DNA of 47,016 bases from an uncultured Candidatus Saccharibacteria bacterium (GTDB lineage Bacteria; Patescibacteriota; Saccharimonadia; Saccharimonadales; AWTP1-31): contig CAZIBG010000001.1 of the NCBI GenBank assembly GCA_964536985.1, forward strand, positions 1 through 47,016, written 5' to 3'. The notes under the pieces were generated by a model. The model saw only the letters and a program-made list of their open reading frames with translations. It did not search any database and was not told the DNA's origin. A program made the translations under genes and the position numbers. Numbering within the stretch: the first letter of the stretch is position 1; every line of letters starts with the position of its first letter. Of this stretch, positions 17,640 to 26,194 are shown piece after piece.

Positions 17640-17675
17640 GGTGAGTTTCCTTATATAAGTTATAGCGTTACCGGT

Positions 17676-17706
17676 ATTGTACCCCCCCCCCGAACATAGT
17701 GTGCAA
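17676..17706 (-). promoter_or_regulatory. Sigma70-like promoter with a G10 spacer tract, upstream of 16125..17639
   Basis: Coding strand reads TTGCAC (17706..17701), then actatgttc + G10 (19 nt), then TACAAT (17681..17676). Confidence 0.6.
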
Positions 17707-17748
17707 ATTATTCTGTAAGACAATGTCTCTTTCCCCTGGAAACAGAAC

Positions 17749-17777
17749 AACCAATATTTGCTACGCAAATATTGGTT
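17749..17777 (-). terminator. Hairpin terminator candidate downstream of the replication-relaxation-like gene
   Basis: A perfect 13-bp stem pairs aaccaatatttgc with gcaaatattggtt around a 3-nt loop. On the minus strand it is followed by GTTCTGTTTCC. It lies between the stop at 17798 and the first array promoter. Confidence 0.5.
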
Positions 17778-17797
17778 ACTGCTTTAATCCACAGAGA

Positions 17798-18571
17798 CTA
17801 GTGGTCTATAGCTAGAAACTCAAATTTAACACTAACCCAGTTATTGTCTAGCTCTCGTTTAGTCAAATTCTGCAATCTTCGCTCAAGCGCTTTTGTTTCA
17901 CAAGCTATTAGTATGACTGGGAAGTCACGTTCAGTGGCTTTCTGCCACTTTTCTGACTCGGCATACGTAATATAGCGTCTTATACAATTTTTGATCCTCC
18001 AGTAGGGTGCACTGGCCTCATAGAAGCTCAGGAAATAGTCTGAATTGGTTAGTTTGGGCTCGTTCGAGCCACCGTTATCCTTAAACTCTTCGCTCTTTTC
18101 TAGATAAGCATCGGTCAGATCTCTTGGGAGCTTATATTTCAAGCTAGGTAGTTCGGTCTTGCTGAAGAATTGAAACTGCTTAGGGTAATTTTGTTTGATA
18201 AACACATAGGCCTTAAAGACGTTCAGCCTGTGTTGGATATGACCATCGTCTTTGTTTTTGTCGTAGTAGGCTTGCTTGAGTACGTTTGGATCTGCAAATG
18301 GCTGCTTTCTGAGTATTTGTATTCCTTTTGGTAGTAAGTGATATGTAGCTGGCTTACCGATGATCTTATAGCTACTGTCGTAGTTCTGACCTATGTAGCC
18401 TTGACCTACTAATATCTTTAGTCTTGTTAGTATTACTCTGGTATGTTTAGCTCCTTGACTTGAGGCAATGATTTGAGCTGTTGCATAGCGAAATTTATAG
18501 AGTGTAGTGAGTAGTTGAAGTTGATGTGAGTTTATAGGTCGGTGTTTGGTGTTGGTAGGTTGTGGTGTCAT
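17798..18571 (-). CDS. Replication-relaxation (Replic_Relax)-like protein
   Basis: The N-terminal winged-helix-like pattern LQLLTTLYKFRYATAQIIAS...RLKILVGQGYI...YHLLPKG resembles PF13814 family members. The context (next to a serine recombinase) fits. No search was run. Confidence 0.5.
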   Translation of the reverse strand: MTPQPTNTKHRPINSHQLQLLTTLYKFRYATAQIIASSQGAKHTRVILTRLKILVGQGYIGQNYDSSYKIIGKPATYHLLPKGIQILRKQPFADPNVLKQAYYDKNKDDGHIQHRLNVFKAYVFIKQNYPKQFQFFSKTELPSLKYKLPRDLTDAYLEKSEEFKDNGGSNEPKLTNSDYFLSFYEASAPYWRIKNCIRRYITYAESEKWQKATERDFPVILIACETKALERRLQNLTKRELDNNWVSVKFEFLAIDH

Positions 18572-18757
18572 AGTGGTTTATATACGCCTATCTATGTTAA
18601 TAGATAAGTAAGTAAAGATGCAAGCCCTTAACACCTTGAAAATTGACTGTTATGTATCCTGCCGTTGAGATATCCACAGTTGTATTTAATACCTTGATAA
18701 TACACTTGTAGGTATACTTATTAGTGGTATATACTAAGCTTATAAGTGGGGGTAGCC

Positions 18758-18925
18758 ATGAAACAGAAAGAACCAATCCAGCCGAGCCCAGAAGACACTT
18801 CCGAAGCGCCGTTGTCAGATAATGAGCGTATCGATCTCATCGCTAATTTACTTTTGGATTACTTAGATGAAGAGCAATCGGGAGAAGAAGGGTCATGCAA
18901 GACGACGCAAACAAAAATGCTGTAG
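18758..18925 (+). CDS. Small acidic ORF (55 aa) overlapping the recombinase start; possible accessory or directionality factor
   Basis: ATG 18758 is preceded by TGGGGGT. The frame runs to TAG at 18923..18925 and overlaps the recombinase ATG by 31 nt. It is below the ORF-track length cut-off and no homology was recognised. Confidence 0.3.
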   Translation: MKQKEPIQPSPEDTSEAPLSDNERIDLIANLLLDYLDEEQSGEEGSCKTTQTKML

Positions 18926-20610
18926 CAGCTATTCGTGTCTCGACCACAAAGCAGGGTACGGAGGGTGACTCACCGGAAGCACAGAAAGAGCAAATTGAAC
19001 GTTTTGCCCTAACTCGTGGTATCACCATTAAAAAGTTTTTCGTATTTTTGGAATCCGCCAGTAAAGAGCAGCAGCCAATGCAGGAAGCTATTGATTACTG
19101 CAAGAATCCTAAGAACGGGATTGAGCTGTTTATCATAAAATCGATTGATCGTTTTACCAGGGGCGGATCACTTTCTTATGACCTGCTCAAAAACCAGCTG
19201 GAAGCAAATAATGTGTCATTGGTAGATATTTACGGTGTGATTAGTTCTCGGCAGGTGAATACCCTAGAACACCTCGGCTTTGAATATAAGTGGAGTAAAT
19301 ACTCTCCAAGTAAGAAATCCGAGATATTAGAGGCTGAGCGATCCAAGGATGAGTTACGAGACATTATGAGTCGCATGATTGGGGCTGAAATTCGCTATAC
19401 CCAACTTGGTTTTTGGATGAGACAACCGCCGTTCGGTTTTGTCAGTGAGAAAGTCGAGACGAACAATGGTAAACGCTGCATCTTGCGGCCTCACCCGACT
19501 GAAGCCCAATACATTACTAAGATTTTTGATCTACGTGCGCGTGGCACCATGCGCGACATGGAAATTGTCGAGGAAGTTAATAAGCTAGGCTATCGAGGAC
19601 GTGTCCATTATGTTCGTGATAGGAGCGATCGATCTAAAGTTTTAAAGAAGCGCGGAGGCGATCCCTTGACTCTCAAAGCCTTGGATCGTATCGTCACTAA
19701 CCCAATCTACGCAGGGATTAATGCCGAGAAGTGGACAGACGGCAAGCCAGTACAATGCGCTTTTAAAGGGTTAATATCCATTGAACAGTTCAACCGAGCC
19801 AACAAAGGCAAAAAGATCATTACCAAAGATGACCAAGGCGACATTGTCATAGTAAAAAGAGAGCCAGAGCCACGGTATGCGGTCATTAAAGGCTCACGAA
19901 ACCCTGATTTCCCGTACCGCAAGTTTGTACTATGCCCAGAGTGCCATAGACCGCTCATTGGCAGCGCATCGCGAGGTAAGTCCGGTAAACACTATCCAGC
20001 CTATCACTGTGACAAACGAGGCCATTATTTCCGTGTACCTAAAAAGGAGCTGGAGGACAGAGTGAATGAATTTATCAACGGTATTCGTGTGTCGCCGGAG
20101 CAGGTCGATAAAGTTCTGAATGTTATTGAGGCCGAGTGGAAGAAACGAGAACAGGCGCTCAAACAAGAGCTTGAGACGCTTGATAGCCACATCCAGGGCT
20201 TACGTACCGAAATCGACATGACCGGAAGCAAGATTAAGCTCGTGAGCAACGAGACAGCAATTAAATACATAGAGGAGGACATTGTGCGTATAGAACAACA
20301 AATTAAAGAGCTGGAGGCTACTAAGATGAAGAAGATCAACCGTAAACCGATTAACTGGCAGCGCTTGAAGGCTAGGGTTCGTTACCTGGCGGAACACTTT
20401 GATGAGCTACTGTTACAACAGATTGATCCGGTCAAAAAAGCACAGTTTTTTGCCGCATTATTCAATAATTTTCCAACATTTGAAGATTTAGCCAGCGGAA
20501 CACCCGGCAAGTCAAACTTTACTGGGGTGAATCCAATATTTTCTCTCGCTAAATTACCTACTACCCATTTGGTGACCTCACCGGGAATCGAACCCGGATT
20601 GCCGGGATGA
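18895..20610 (+). CDS. Large serine recombinase
   Basis: The catalytic motif is AAIRVSTTKQG. It has a recombinase domain, a zinc ribbon (CPECHRPL...YHCDKRGH) and a C-terminal coiled coil. The last 41 nt overlap the tRNA-Glu gene on the opposite strand. Confidence 0.9.
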   Translation: MQDDANKNAVAAIRVSTTKQGTEGDSPEAQKEQIERFALTRGITIKKFFVFLESASKEQQPMQEAIDYCKNPKNGIELFIIKSIDRFTRGGSLSYDLLKNQLEANNVSLVDIYGVISSRQVNTLEHLGFEYKWSKYSPSKKSEILEAERSKDELRDIMSRMIGAEIRYTQLGFWMRQPPFGFVSEKVETNNGKRCILRPHPTEAQYITKIFDLRARGTMRDMEIVEEVNKLGYRGRVHYVRDRSDRSKVLKKRGGDPLTLKALDRIVTNPIYAGINAEKWTDGKPVQCAFKGLISIEQFNRANKGKKIITKDDQGDIVIVKREPEPRYAVIKGSRNPDFPYRKFVLCPECHRPLIGSASRGKSGKHYPAYHCDKRGHYFRVPKKELEDRVNEFINGIRVSPEQVDKVLNVIEAEWKKREQALKQELETLDSHIQGLRTEIDMTGSKIKLVSNETAIKYIEEDIVRIEQQIKELEATKMKKINRKPINWQRLKARVRYLAEHFDELLLQQIDPVKKAQFFAALFNNFPTFEDLASGTPGKSNFTGVNPIFSLAKLPTTHLVTSPGIEPGLPG

Positions 20611-20644
20611 GAACCCGAATTCCTAACCGTTAGAAGATGAGGCC
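20570..20644 (-). tRNA. tRNA-Glu (anticodon CUC), 75 nt with encoded CCA
   Basis: Folded by hand from GGCCTCATCTTCTAACGGTTAGGAATTCGGGTTCTCATCCCGGCAATCCGGGTTCGATTCCCGGTGAGGTCACCA. The 7-bp acceptor stem has one G-U pair. The D arm is TTCT/GGAA. The anticodon stem is TCGGG/CCCGG with loop TTCTCAT. The T arm is CCGGG-TTCGATT-CCCGG. Confidence 0.85.
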
Positions 20645-20868
20645 AGAGCTGGCAGTGAACGGGGGTAATAGTACCACAATAACAGAGGACAGTCCAGATA
20701 TGATTGGCGCACGTTCTGTGTCATAATTGCTTATGGTATTATGCCACGTCTGATACATCCACTTACCGTATCAGCAGCTCCCGGCACGCTAGGGTGGGAC
20801 CTGCTTTTGTATAGCTTTGGTTTTGCAACCAGTAGCATATTCGTGGCGCTGCAAAAAGGGGTCAACTC

Positions 20869-22164
20869 ATGGTCCCTATAATTATCGGAGTAGTCGTTGT
20901 GCTTATCGCGGCATGCTTTTTTGTATGGAATATGGGTAATGATAAACCTGTTGACCAAAAGACCGTTCACGCCAACCCCGTAGGAGCAATTCTAGGAGAT
21001 CAACGCTCCGACAATATTCTCGAGTCTGTGTCTGATGGCATTGTAGTCATTGATCTTAAGGGTAGAGTCACCATGATCAACAGCGCAGCCGGTCTTTTAG
21101 CGGGCTGGTCAACCAAGGATGCTCTGGGCATCGATCACCGCTCAGTCTTCCAGTTCTGCGATGTAAAAGGCAAACCGTATGACGATGCCGCCAACCCACT
21201 CTCTAAATTGCTTCGCACCGGCAAACCATACCGCGACAGCGACGCCATGCTCATAACCAAAGGCAGTGAAAAGCGGATATCAGTGAGCGTCAGTGTTTCT
21301 CCTCTGGTCAGCCAAGGTCAGTTAAGTGGAGCGGTGGGCGTACTGCGTGATGTCAGTGAAGAAAAGAACGCCGAACGTCAGCGGGCCGAATTTATCAGTA
21401 CTGCCAGTCACGAGATGCGCACCCCAGTAGCAGCAATCGAAGGCTATTTGGCCCTCGCCATGAACGCCAAGGTCACTAATATCGACGAAAAGGCGCGTGA
21501 CTATCTTGCCAAGGCACACGAATCAACACAGCACCTTGGTAGTCTTTTCCAGGACCTACTTACTAGTGCCAAGGCAGAGGATGGGCGACTCATCAGCCAT
21601 CCAGAAATGATAGAGATGGGCAGCTTCCTCAGAAAGCTCACAGAAGACCTGAAATTCGTAGCAGAAAAGAAGAACCTCGATGTCGAATACGTTGTCGGCA
21701 CAAGTGGTGCAAGTGTAAACGGCAACACCGAGACCGGTAGCGTTCGGGTGGTGCAACCACTCTACAATGTGTACGCCGATCCTGAGCGGATTAGGGAAGT
21801 TATCACCAACCTATTTGATAACGCCGTTAAATATACCGAGAGCGGCAAGATATCTATTGGCCTAACAGGGGACGACGACATTGTCCAAGTATATGTCCGC
21901 GATACCGGGAACGGCATCCCCTCAGAAGACCTGCCTCATCTATTCCAGAAATTCTATCGTGTAGATAACTCATCCACCCGCACCATCGGTGGTACGGGTC
22001 TGGGGCTCTTTATCTGCCGCAAGATTATCGAAATGTACAATGGCCGTATTTGGGTGGAAAGTGAGCAGCAAAAAGGCAGTACCTTCTACATTAATCTACC
22101 TCGCCTCAGCAGGCAGCAAGCCAACGAGATGGCATTAAAGTCTGCCAACAAAGTCTCCTCCTAG
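20869..22164 (+). CDS. Sensor histidine kinase (TM, PAS, HisKA and HATPase domains)
   Basis: H-box SHEMRTP, N-box NLFDNAVKYT, G1 DTGNGI and G2 GGTGLGL, with an N-terminal TM helix. Confidence 0.9.
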   Translation: MVPIIIGVVVVLIAACFFVWNMGNDKPVDQKTVHANPVGAILGDQRSDNILESVSDGIVVIDLKGRVTMINSAAGLLAGWSTKDALGIDHRSVFQFCDVKGKPYDDAANPLSKLLRTGKPYRDSDAMLITKGSEKRISVSVSVSPLVSQGQLSGAVGVLRDVSEEKNAERQRAEFISTASHEMRTPVAAIEGYLALAMNAKVTNIDEKARDYLAKAHESTQHLGSLFQDLLTSAKAEDGRLISHPEMIEMGSFLRKLTEDLKFVAEKKNLDVEYVVGTSGASVNGNTETGSVRVVQPLYNVYADPERIREVITNLFDNAVKYTESGKISIGLTGDDDIVQVYVRDTGNGIPSEDLPHLFQKFYRVDNSSTRTIGGTGLGLFICRKIIEMYNGRIWVESEQQKGSTFYINLPRLSRQQANEMALKSANKVSS

Positions 22165-22238
22165 AAATCTATAGACCAGGGCAAGACTTGAGTGGTACAA
22201 TTGAGTCAACATAAGCATTAGAGGAATACGAACAGACC

Positions 22239-23462
22239 ATGGCAAAAATAATGCTCGTCGAAGACGACAACAACCTACGCGAAATCTACGGTGCTCGATT
22301 ATTAGCCGAAGGATATGAAATTGTCTCAGCCAAAGATGGTGAAGAAGCGCTTGCAATTGCTGTTAAAGAAAAGCCCGACCTAATTATTAGCGATATCATG
22401 ATGCCAAAAATCAGTGGTTTCGATATGCTCGATATTCTCCGCAGCACGCCTGAAACCAAAGAAACCAAAGTCATTATGATGACCGCCCTCAGCCAGGCCG
22501 AAGATAAAGAAAGAGCTGGTAAGCTTGGTGCTGATCGTTATCTTGTTAAATCTCAGGTCACTCTGGAAGATGTCGCCAAAGCCGCAGCCGAAGTGCTGGC
22601 CGAAGCAGGTATAACCGATGCAGCCGCAGAGGCAACACTTGCTGCCGCTGCCACTACAGCTACACCAGCCGAACCAGCCGCAGTCGTAGCAGAACCGGCC
22701 GCAACTCCAGCACCAGTAGCTGCCGAACCAGCTGTGGCCGCGCCAGTTGCCACGCCAGAACCCGTTGCTGCTACGCCGACACCAGTTGCAGTCGCAGAAC
22801 CGGCAGCCGCAGTACCAACACCCGTGACAGTAACTGAACCTGCTGCTCCAGCAGATCCTGTGGCAGCCACACCAGTTGCAGCGGATCCAGCAGTTGTCGC
22901 AGTACCCGTAGCGACACCAGAGGTTACTGCCGTACCCGAACCAGTAACTCCTACTCCGACGCCAGAACCTGTTGCTGCTACGCCGACACCAGTTGCAGTC
23001 GCAGAACCGGCAGCCGCAGTACCAACACCCGTGACAGTAACTGAACCTGCTGCTCCAGCAGATCCTGCTGTAACAGTACCAGCCGAGCCCGCCGCAGCAA
23101 TCAAGCCAGCCTCAATCGCAACACCACCCGCATCCGATCCAGCAACGGCACCAACCGACAACCAACAAGTACTAGCCGACACTGTAGCGGCGGTCGGGAC
23201 GGCATCGTCTACAAGCACTGTCGATAATTCTCCTAAAACATCTGTCCATACCAGAGTCATAACTCCTATCAACGACATTAATCAGACCCCTCCGGATCTT
23301 GAAAAACTCATGGCTGAAGAAGAGGCAAAAACCGCAGCTCCCACTGGACTTCCACCAATTCTCCCAGCAACTCCCGCACAGGCAGAAGCCGCCGCCCCAG
23401 CTGCACCCGGCGCTGTAGACGATAGCATTACCATCTCTCCAGACGGTACTATTCAGCAATAG
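22239..23462 (+). CDS. Response-regulator receiver domain protein with a roughly 280-aa Pro/Ala/Thr/Val-rich C-terminal tail and no recognisable output domain
   Basis: The REC motifs are EDD, the phospho-acceptor D in LIISDIMMP, and K in YLVKS. The rest is low complexity and contains an exact 34-aa duplication. Confidence 0.85.
   Translation: MAKIMLVEDDNNLREIYGARLLAEGYEIVSAKDGEEALAIAVKEKPDLIISDIMMPKISGFDMLDILRSTPETKETKVIMMTALSQAEDKERAGKLGADRYLVKSQVTLEDVAKAAAEVLAEAGITDAAAEATLAAAATTATPAEPAAVVAEPAATPAPVAAEPAVAAPVATPEPVAATPTPVAVAEPAAAVPTPVTVTEPAAPADPVAATPVAADPAVVAVPVATPEVTAVPEPVTPTPTPEPVAATPTPVAVAEPAAAVPTPVTVTEPAAPADPAVTVPAEPAAAIKPASIATPPASDPATAPTDNQQVLADTVAAVGTASSTSTVDNSPKTSVHTRVITPINDINQTPPDLEKLMAEEEAKTAAPTGLPPILPATPAQAEAAAPAAPGAVDDSITISPDGTIQQ
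22758..23067 (+). repeat. 103-bp direct repeat (22758..22860 and 22965..23067, period 207 bp) inside the Pro/Ala-rich tail
   Basis: The two copies differ at one position by eye (gaacccgtt versus gaacctgtt). Both encode EPVAATPTPVAVAEPAAAVPTPVTVTEPAAPADP. Confidence 0.85.
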
Positions 23463-23479
23463 CTGTATAATAACCCCAT

Positions 23480-24127
23480 ATGCGTGTAAATAAATTCGTG
23501 GCACAAGCCACCGGTATGTCGCGGCGAAAGGCCGATGAGGCTATTGAATGGGGAAGGCTACAAGTAAACGGCGTCGTCGTTACGGCCGGCTTTGATGTCC
23601 AAGAAAACGATAAAGTCGTCCTCGATGGCAAGCCGATAGCCAAACCAACTACCTATCAAACAATCATTCTCAATAAGCCAAGCGGCTACGTAGTCAGCAG
23701 GGACGGTCAGGGCAGCAAGACGATCTATGAGCTACTACCAGAGTCTTTTGAGCACCTAAAGCCCATTGGACGGCTCGATAAAGCCTCATCCGGCCTATTA
23801 TTAGTTACTAACGACGGCGATCTTGCACAACGGCTCACACATCCAAGTTATAAAAAAGAGAAGGTCTACGAAATCGAGCTATATATTCCATTAAAGGAAG
23901 AGGATCGTCGAGCCATAGAGAAGGGCGTCAAGCTAGAAGATGGCATTAGTCGTTTACAGCTCGACGGCAAAGATAAAAAATGGACGGTCACCATGCACGA
24001 AGGCCGTAACCGCCAGATCCGACGCACCTTCGAAAAGCAAGGCTACACCATCGCCAAGCTACACCGCACCCAATTTGGCGACTACTTCTTGCAAGGCACT
24101 GCGCCAGGCACCCACCGACTGGTCTAA
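23480..24127 (+). CDS. rRNA pseudouridine synthase (RsuA/RluB family) with an S4 domain
   Basis: An N-terminal S4-like region (RVNKFVAQATGMSRRKADEAI) and the catalytic motif GRLDKASSGLLLVTNDG. Confidence 0.85.
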   Translation: MRVNKFVAQATGMSRRKADEAIEWGRLQVNGVVVTAGFDVQENDKVVLDGKPIAKPTTYQTIILNKPSGYVVSRDGQGSKTIYELLPESFEHLKPIGRLDKASSGLLLVTNDGDLAQRLTHPSYKKEKVYEIELYIPLKEEDRRAIEKGVKLEDGISRLQLDGKDKKWTVTMHEGRNRQIRRTFEKQGYTIAKLHRTQFGDYFLQGTAPGTHRLV

Positions 24128-24128
24128 C

Positions 24129-24782
24129 TTACTGCTGCTCCAGGTATTGATTATGAACCCTCTTGGCCCTGAATAAGCAACGAATATTGTCAGCTACGAT
24201 TCTGCCCACAAGGGTCAACCCTAACCCCTGCGACAATCCAACGTAATAGAATAAGCCACTTGATTCTGGTGCGTGTTCACCCCTAAATACGCCGAACCTG
24301 TGAGCGCCGTAAGCTCCTGCAACAGTCAAAACAGACGAGCCCAGCTTGTAGGCCCTGGAGACCCCTGCTACATGAGGTAATACATCAAGATGCTCGGTCC
24401 CGTATTTATTGATCAGGTTCTTACCGCTATAACTAAGGCCGTAGTCTCGGGTCCCATCGTCATTATCTACAGCATTTAGTAGCTTTGCTTCTGCTGCTGC
24501 ACGTAATGCTATGTCTTGGTCCAGAGACTGAAAAGAATCAGGCTCTTCTCCATCTACTTTTGCTCGTAGGTATTCAGCGACATGGATAGCCGCCTCAGTA
24601 ACTTGTCCTTCTTTACGAGTGTAGTTAGGGTTAATCTCACCGATTCGAGTAGGTGAATTCGCGGAAAACATTTCGCCACTTAGGGCAGCCTCCACCATGG
24701 GCACAATGTTTTCTGCTGTTGGTCTATGTACAACGAGTGATCCTCTTATTGGCATGGGCTTCATTAAAACATAGTCATTCAA
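24129..24782 (-). CDS. Hypothetical protein
   Basis: ORF track only. The start at 24782 is TTG, and an in-frame ATG lies at 24764. No family was recognised. Confidence 0.5.
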   Translation of the reverse strand: MNDYVLMKPMPIRGSLVVHRPTAENIVPMVEAALSGEMFSANSPTRIGEINPNYTRKEGQVTEAAIHVAEYLRAKVDGEEPDSFQSLDQDIALRAAAEAKLLNAVDNDDGTRDYGLSYSGKNLINKYGTEHLDVLPHVAGVSRAYKLGSSVLTVAGAYGAHRFGVFRGEHAPESSGLFYYVGLSQGLGLTLVGRIVADNIRCLFRAKRVHNQYLEQQ

Positions 24783-24827
24783 ATGGTACTAGCTAACAGA
24801 GAGAATTTGTGGTAAAATAAGCATCAA

Positions 24828-26183
24828 ATGGCGAAAAAATTACCGATTGTAGCAATTGTCGGACGTGCAAACGTTGGCAAGTCCACCTTATTCAACAAAA
24901 TCCTCCACAGACGAGAGGCTATAGTTGCTAATGAGGCCGGTACAACACGTGACAGCATTATGGCTAAAGCCGAATATGGCGATAACCAGTTCTGGCTTGT
25001 AGATACCGCTGGTATCAAAGACCCTGAAGATGACTTTGAATTTACCATCCAGGAACAAATTGTTCAAGCTGCCGACAGTGCTGACGTTATCTGGGTAGTC
25101 ATCGAGGGAACGACCATTATTACCGAAGAGGATCGCCGTGTTGCGAAGATGGCTCTCAAGAGCAAAAAGCCTGTCTTTTTAGTTGTAAACAAAATGGATA
25201 AAGCACCTAAAAAGAGCTTTGAAGACTTTGAAAGACTTGGTATTAAGCCCATCCTTCTAGTCAGTGCTACTCAGAATGCAGGCATCGAGGAGCTTCTTGA
25301 TCGTCTCGTAGCCCAGATTCCTAAGGCCAGCATAACTGAGGCCGACGACCGCTTTAGAATCGCTATTATCGGACGGCCCAATGTTGGAAAGTCCCAACTA
25401 TTCAACACACTAGCCAAGAAACAACAGGCGATTGTTGCCGACCGCGCTGGCACAACTAGAGACATTAACCGTACGGTGGTCAAATATCAGGGACGAGAGA
25501 TAGAAATTCTGGACACCGCTGGTATCCGTAAAAATGGAAAAATCGAAGTTGGAATCGAGAAGTTCAGCGTCATTCGTACCTTAGCCGCCATTGAGCAGGC
25601 CGATGTTTGCGTCATGCTGATGGACGTTAATGAACTTAACACCCAGCTTGATCAAAAAATTGCCGGTATGGTCAAAGACTCCGGCAAGGGGATGATCCTG
25701 GTCATCAGCAAGTGGGACAGTATTGACGAAGAAAAAACAGAATTCACCCGCGATCAAATTGCCGCCGAACTACGCTTTAACTTCCCATTTGTGCCATGGG
25801 CACCACTTATTATCACTAGCTCTGTAACAGGGCAGAATGTTACTAAGATTTTTGAAATTGCCCTCGAAATCGAGGAACGACGTAAGCGTACATTCGTCAC
25901 TAGCGAACTAAATCGCTGGCTCCGTGATGTAGTTGCTAAGCATCCACCAGCTGGACTCAAGAATCGCAACCCAAAGCTAAACTATATTGTCCATGAAGAC
26001 GACAACCCTATTCCAAGCTTTAAGGTATTTGGTGCTCATACTAAGTTCCTCCACTGGAGCTACAAACGTTACATGGAACGAGCGTTCCGAGAGACATACG
26101 ACTATACAGGATCTCCTGTGCAATTTTGGTTTATCGAAAAGCATGTTACGCACAAGCACGGCACCCGACCAACAGAAGACTAG
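24828..26183 (+). CDS. der: Ribosome-associated GTPase Der (EngA)
   Basis: Two tandem GTPase domains (GRANVGKSTLFN/DTAG/NKMD and GRPNVGKSQLFN/DTAG/SKWD) plus a KH-like C-terminus. Confidence 0.95.
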   Translation: MAKKLPIVAIVGRANVGKSTLFNKILHRREAIVANEAGTTRDSIMAKAEYGDNQFWLVDTAGIKDPEDDFEFTIQEQIVQAADSADVIWVVIEGTTIITEEDRRVAKMALKSKKPVFLVVNKMDKAPKKSFEDFERLGIKPILLVSATQNAGIEELLDRLVAQIPKASITEADDRFRIAIIGRPNVGKSQLFNTLAKKQQAIVADRAGTTRDINRTVVKYQGREIEILDTAGIRKNGKIEVGIEKFSVIRTLAAIEQADVCVMLMDVNELNTQLDQKIAGMVKDSGKGMILVISKWDSIDEEKTEFTRDQIAAELRFNFPFVPWAPLIITSSVTGQNVTKIFEIALEIEERRKRTFVTSELNRWLRDVVAKHPPAGLKNRNPKLNYIVHEDDNPIPSFKVFGAHTKFLHWSYKRYMERAFRETYDYTGSPVQFWFIEKHVTHKHGTRPTED

Positions 26184-26194
26184 TAGACAACACC

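Noticed and set aside
474-17658. Numerous 60-150-aa + strand ORFs lie antisense to the surface-protein genes (e.g. 474..731, 968..1393, 2620..2901, 5023..5280, 7482..7943, 7971..8387, 14288..14584, 16165..16434, 17347..17658).
   Set aside because: They lie entirely within much longer minus-strand genes that have clear signal peptides, domains and sorting signals. They recur only because the sense genes are paralogous. Their Pro/Ala/Val-rich products are typical of antisense frames in biased sequence.
20731-20970. A 79-aa minus-strand ORF overlapping the histidine-kinase start.
   Set aside because: It has no supporting signals, and it overlaps the TM-encoding start of a well-supported gene and the tRNA promoter region.
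22553-23278. A 241-aa minus-strand Gly/Ser/Ala/Thr-rich ORF.
   Set aside because: It is the antisense frame of the Pro/Ala-rich tail of the response regulator, i.e. a low-complexity mirror image with no independent signals.
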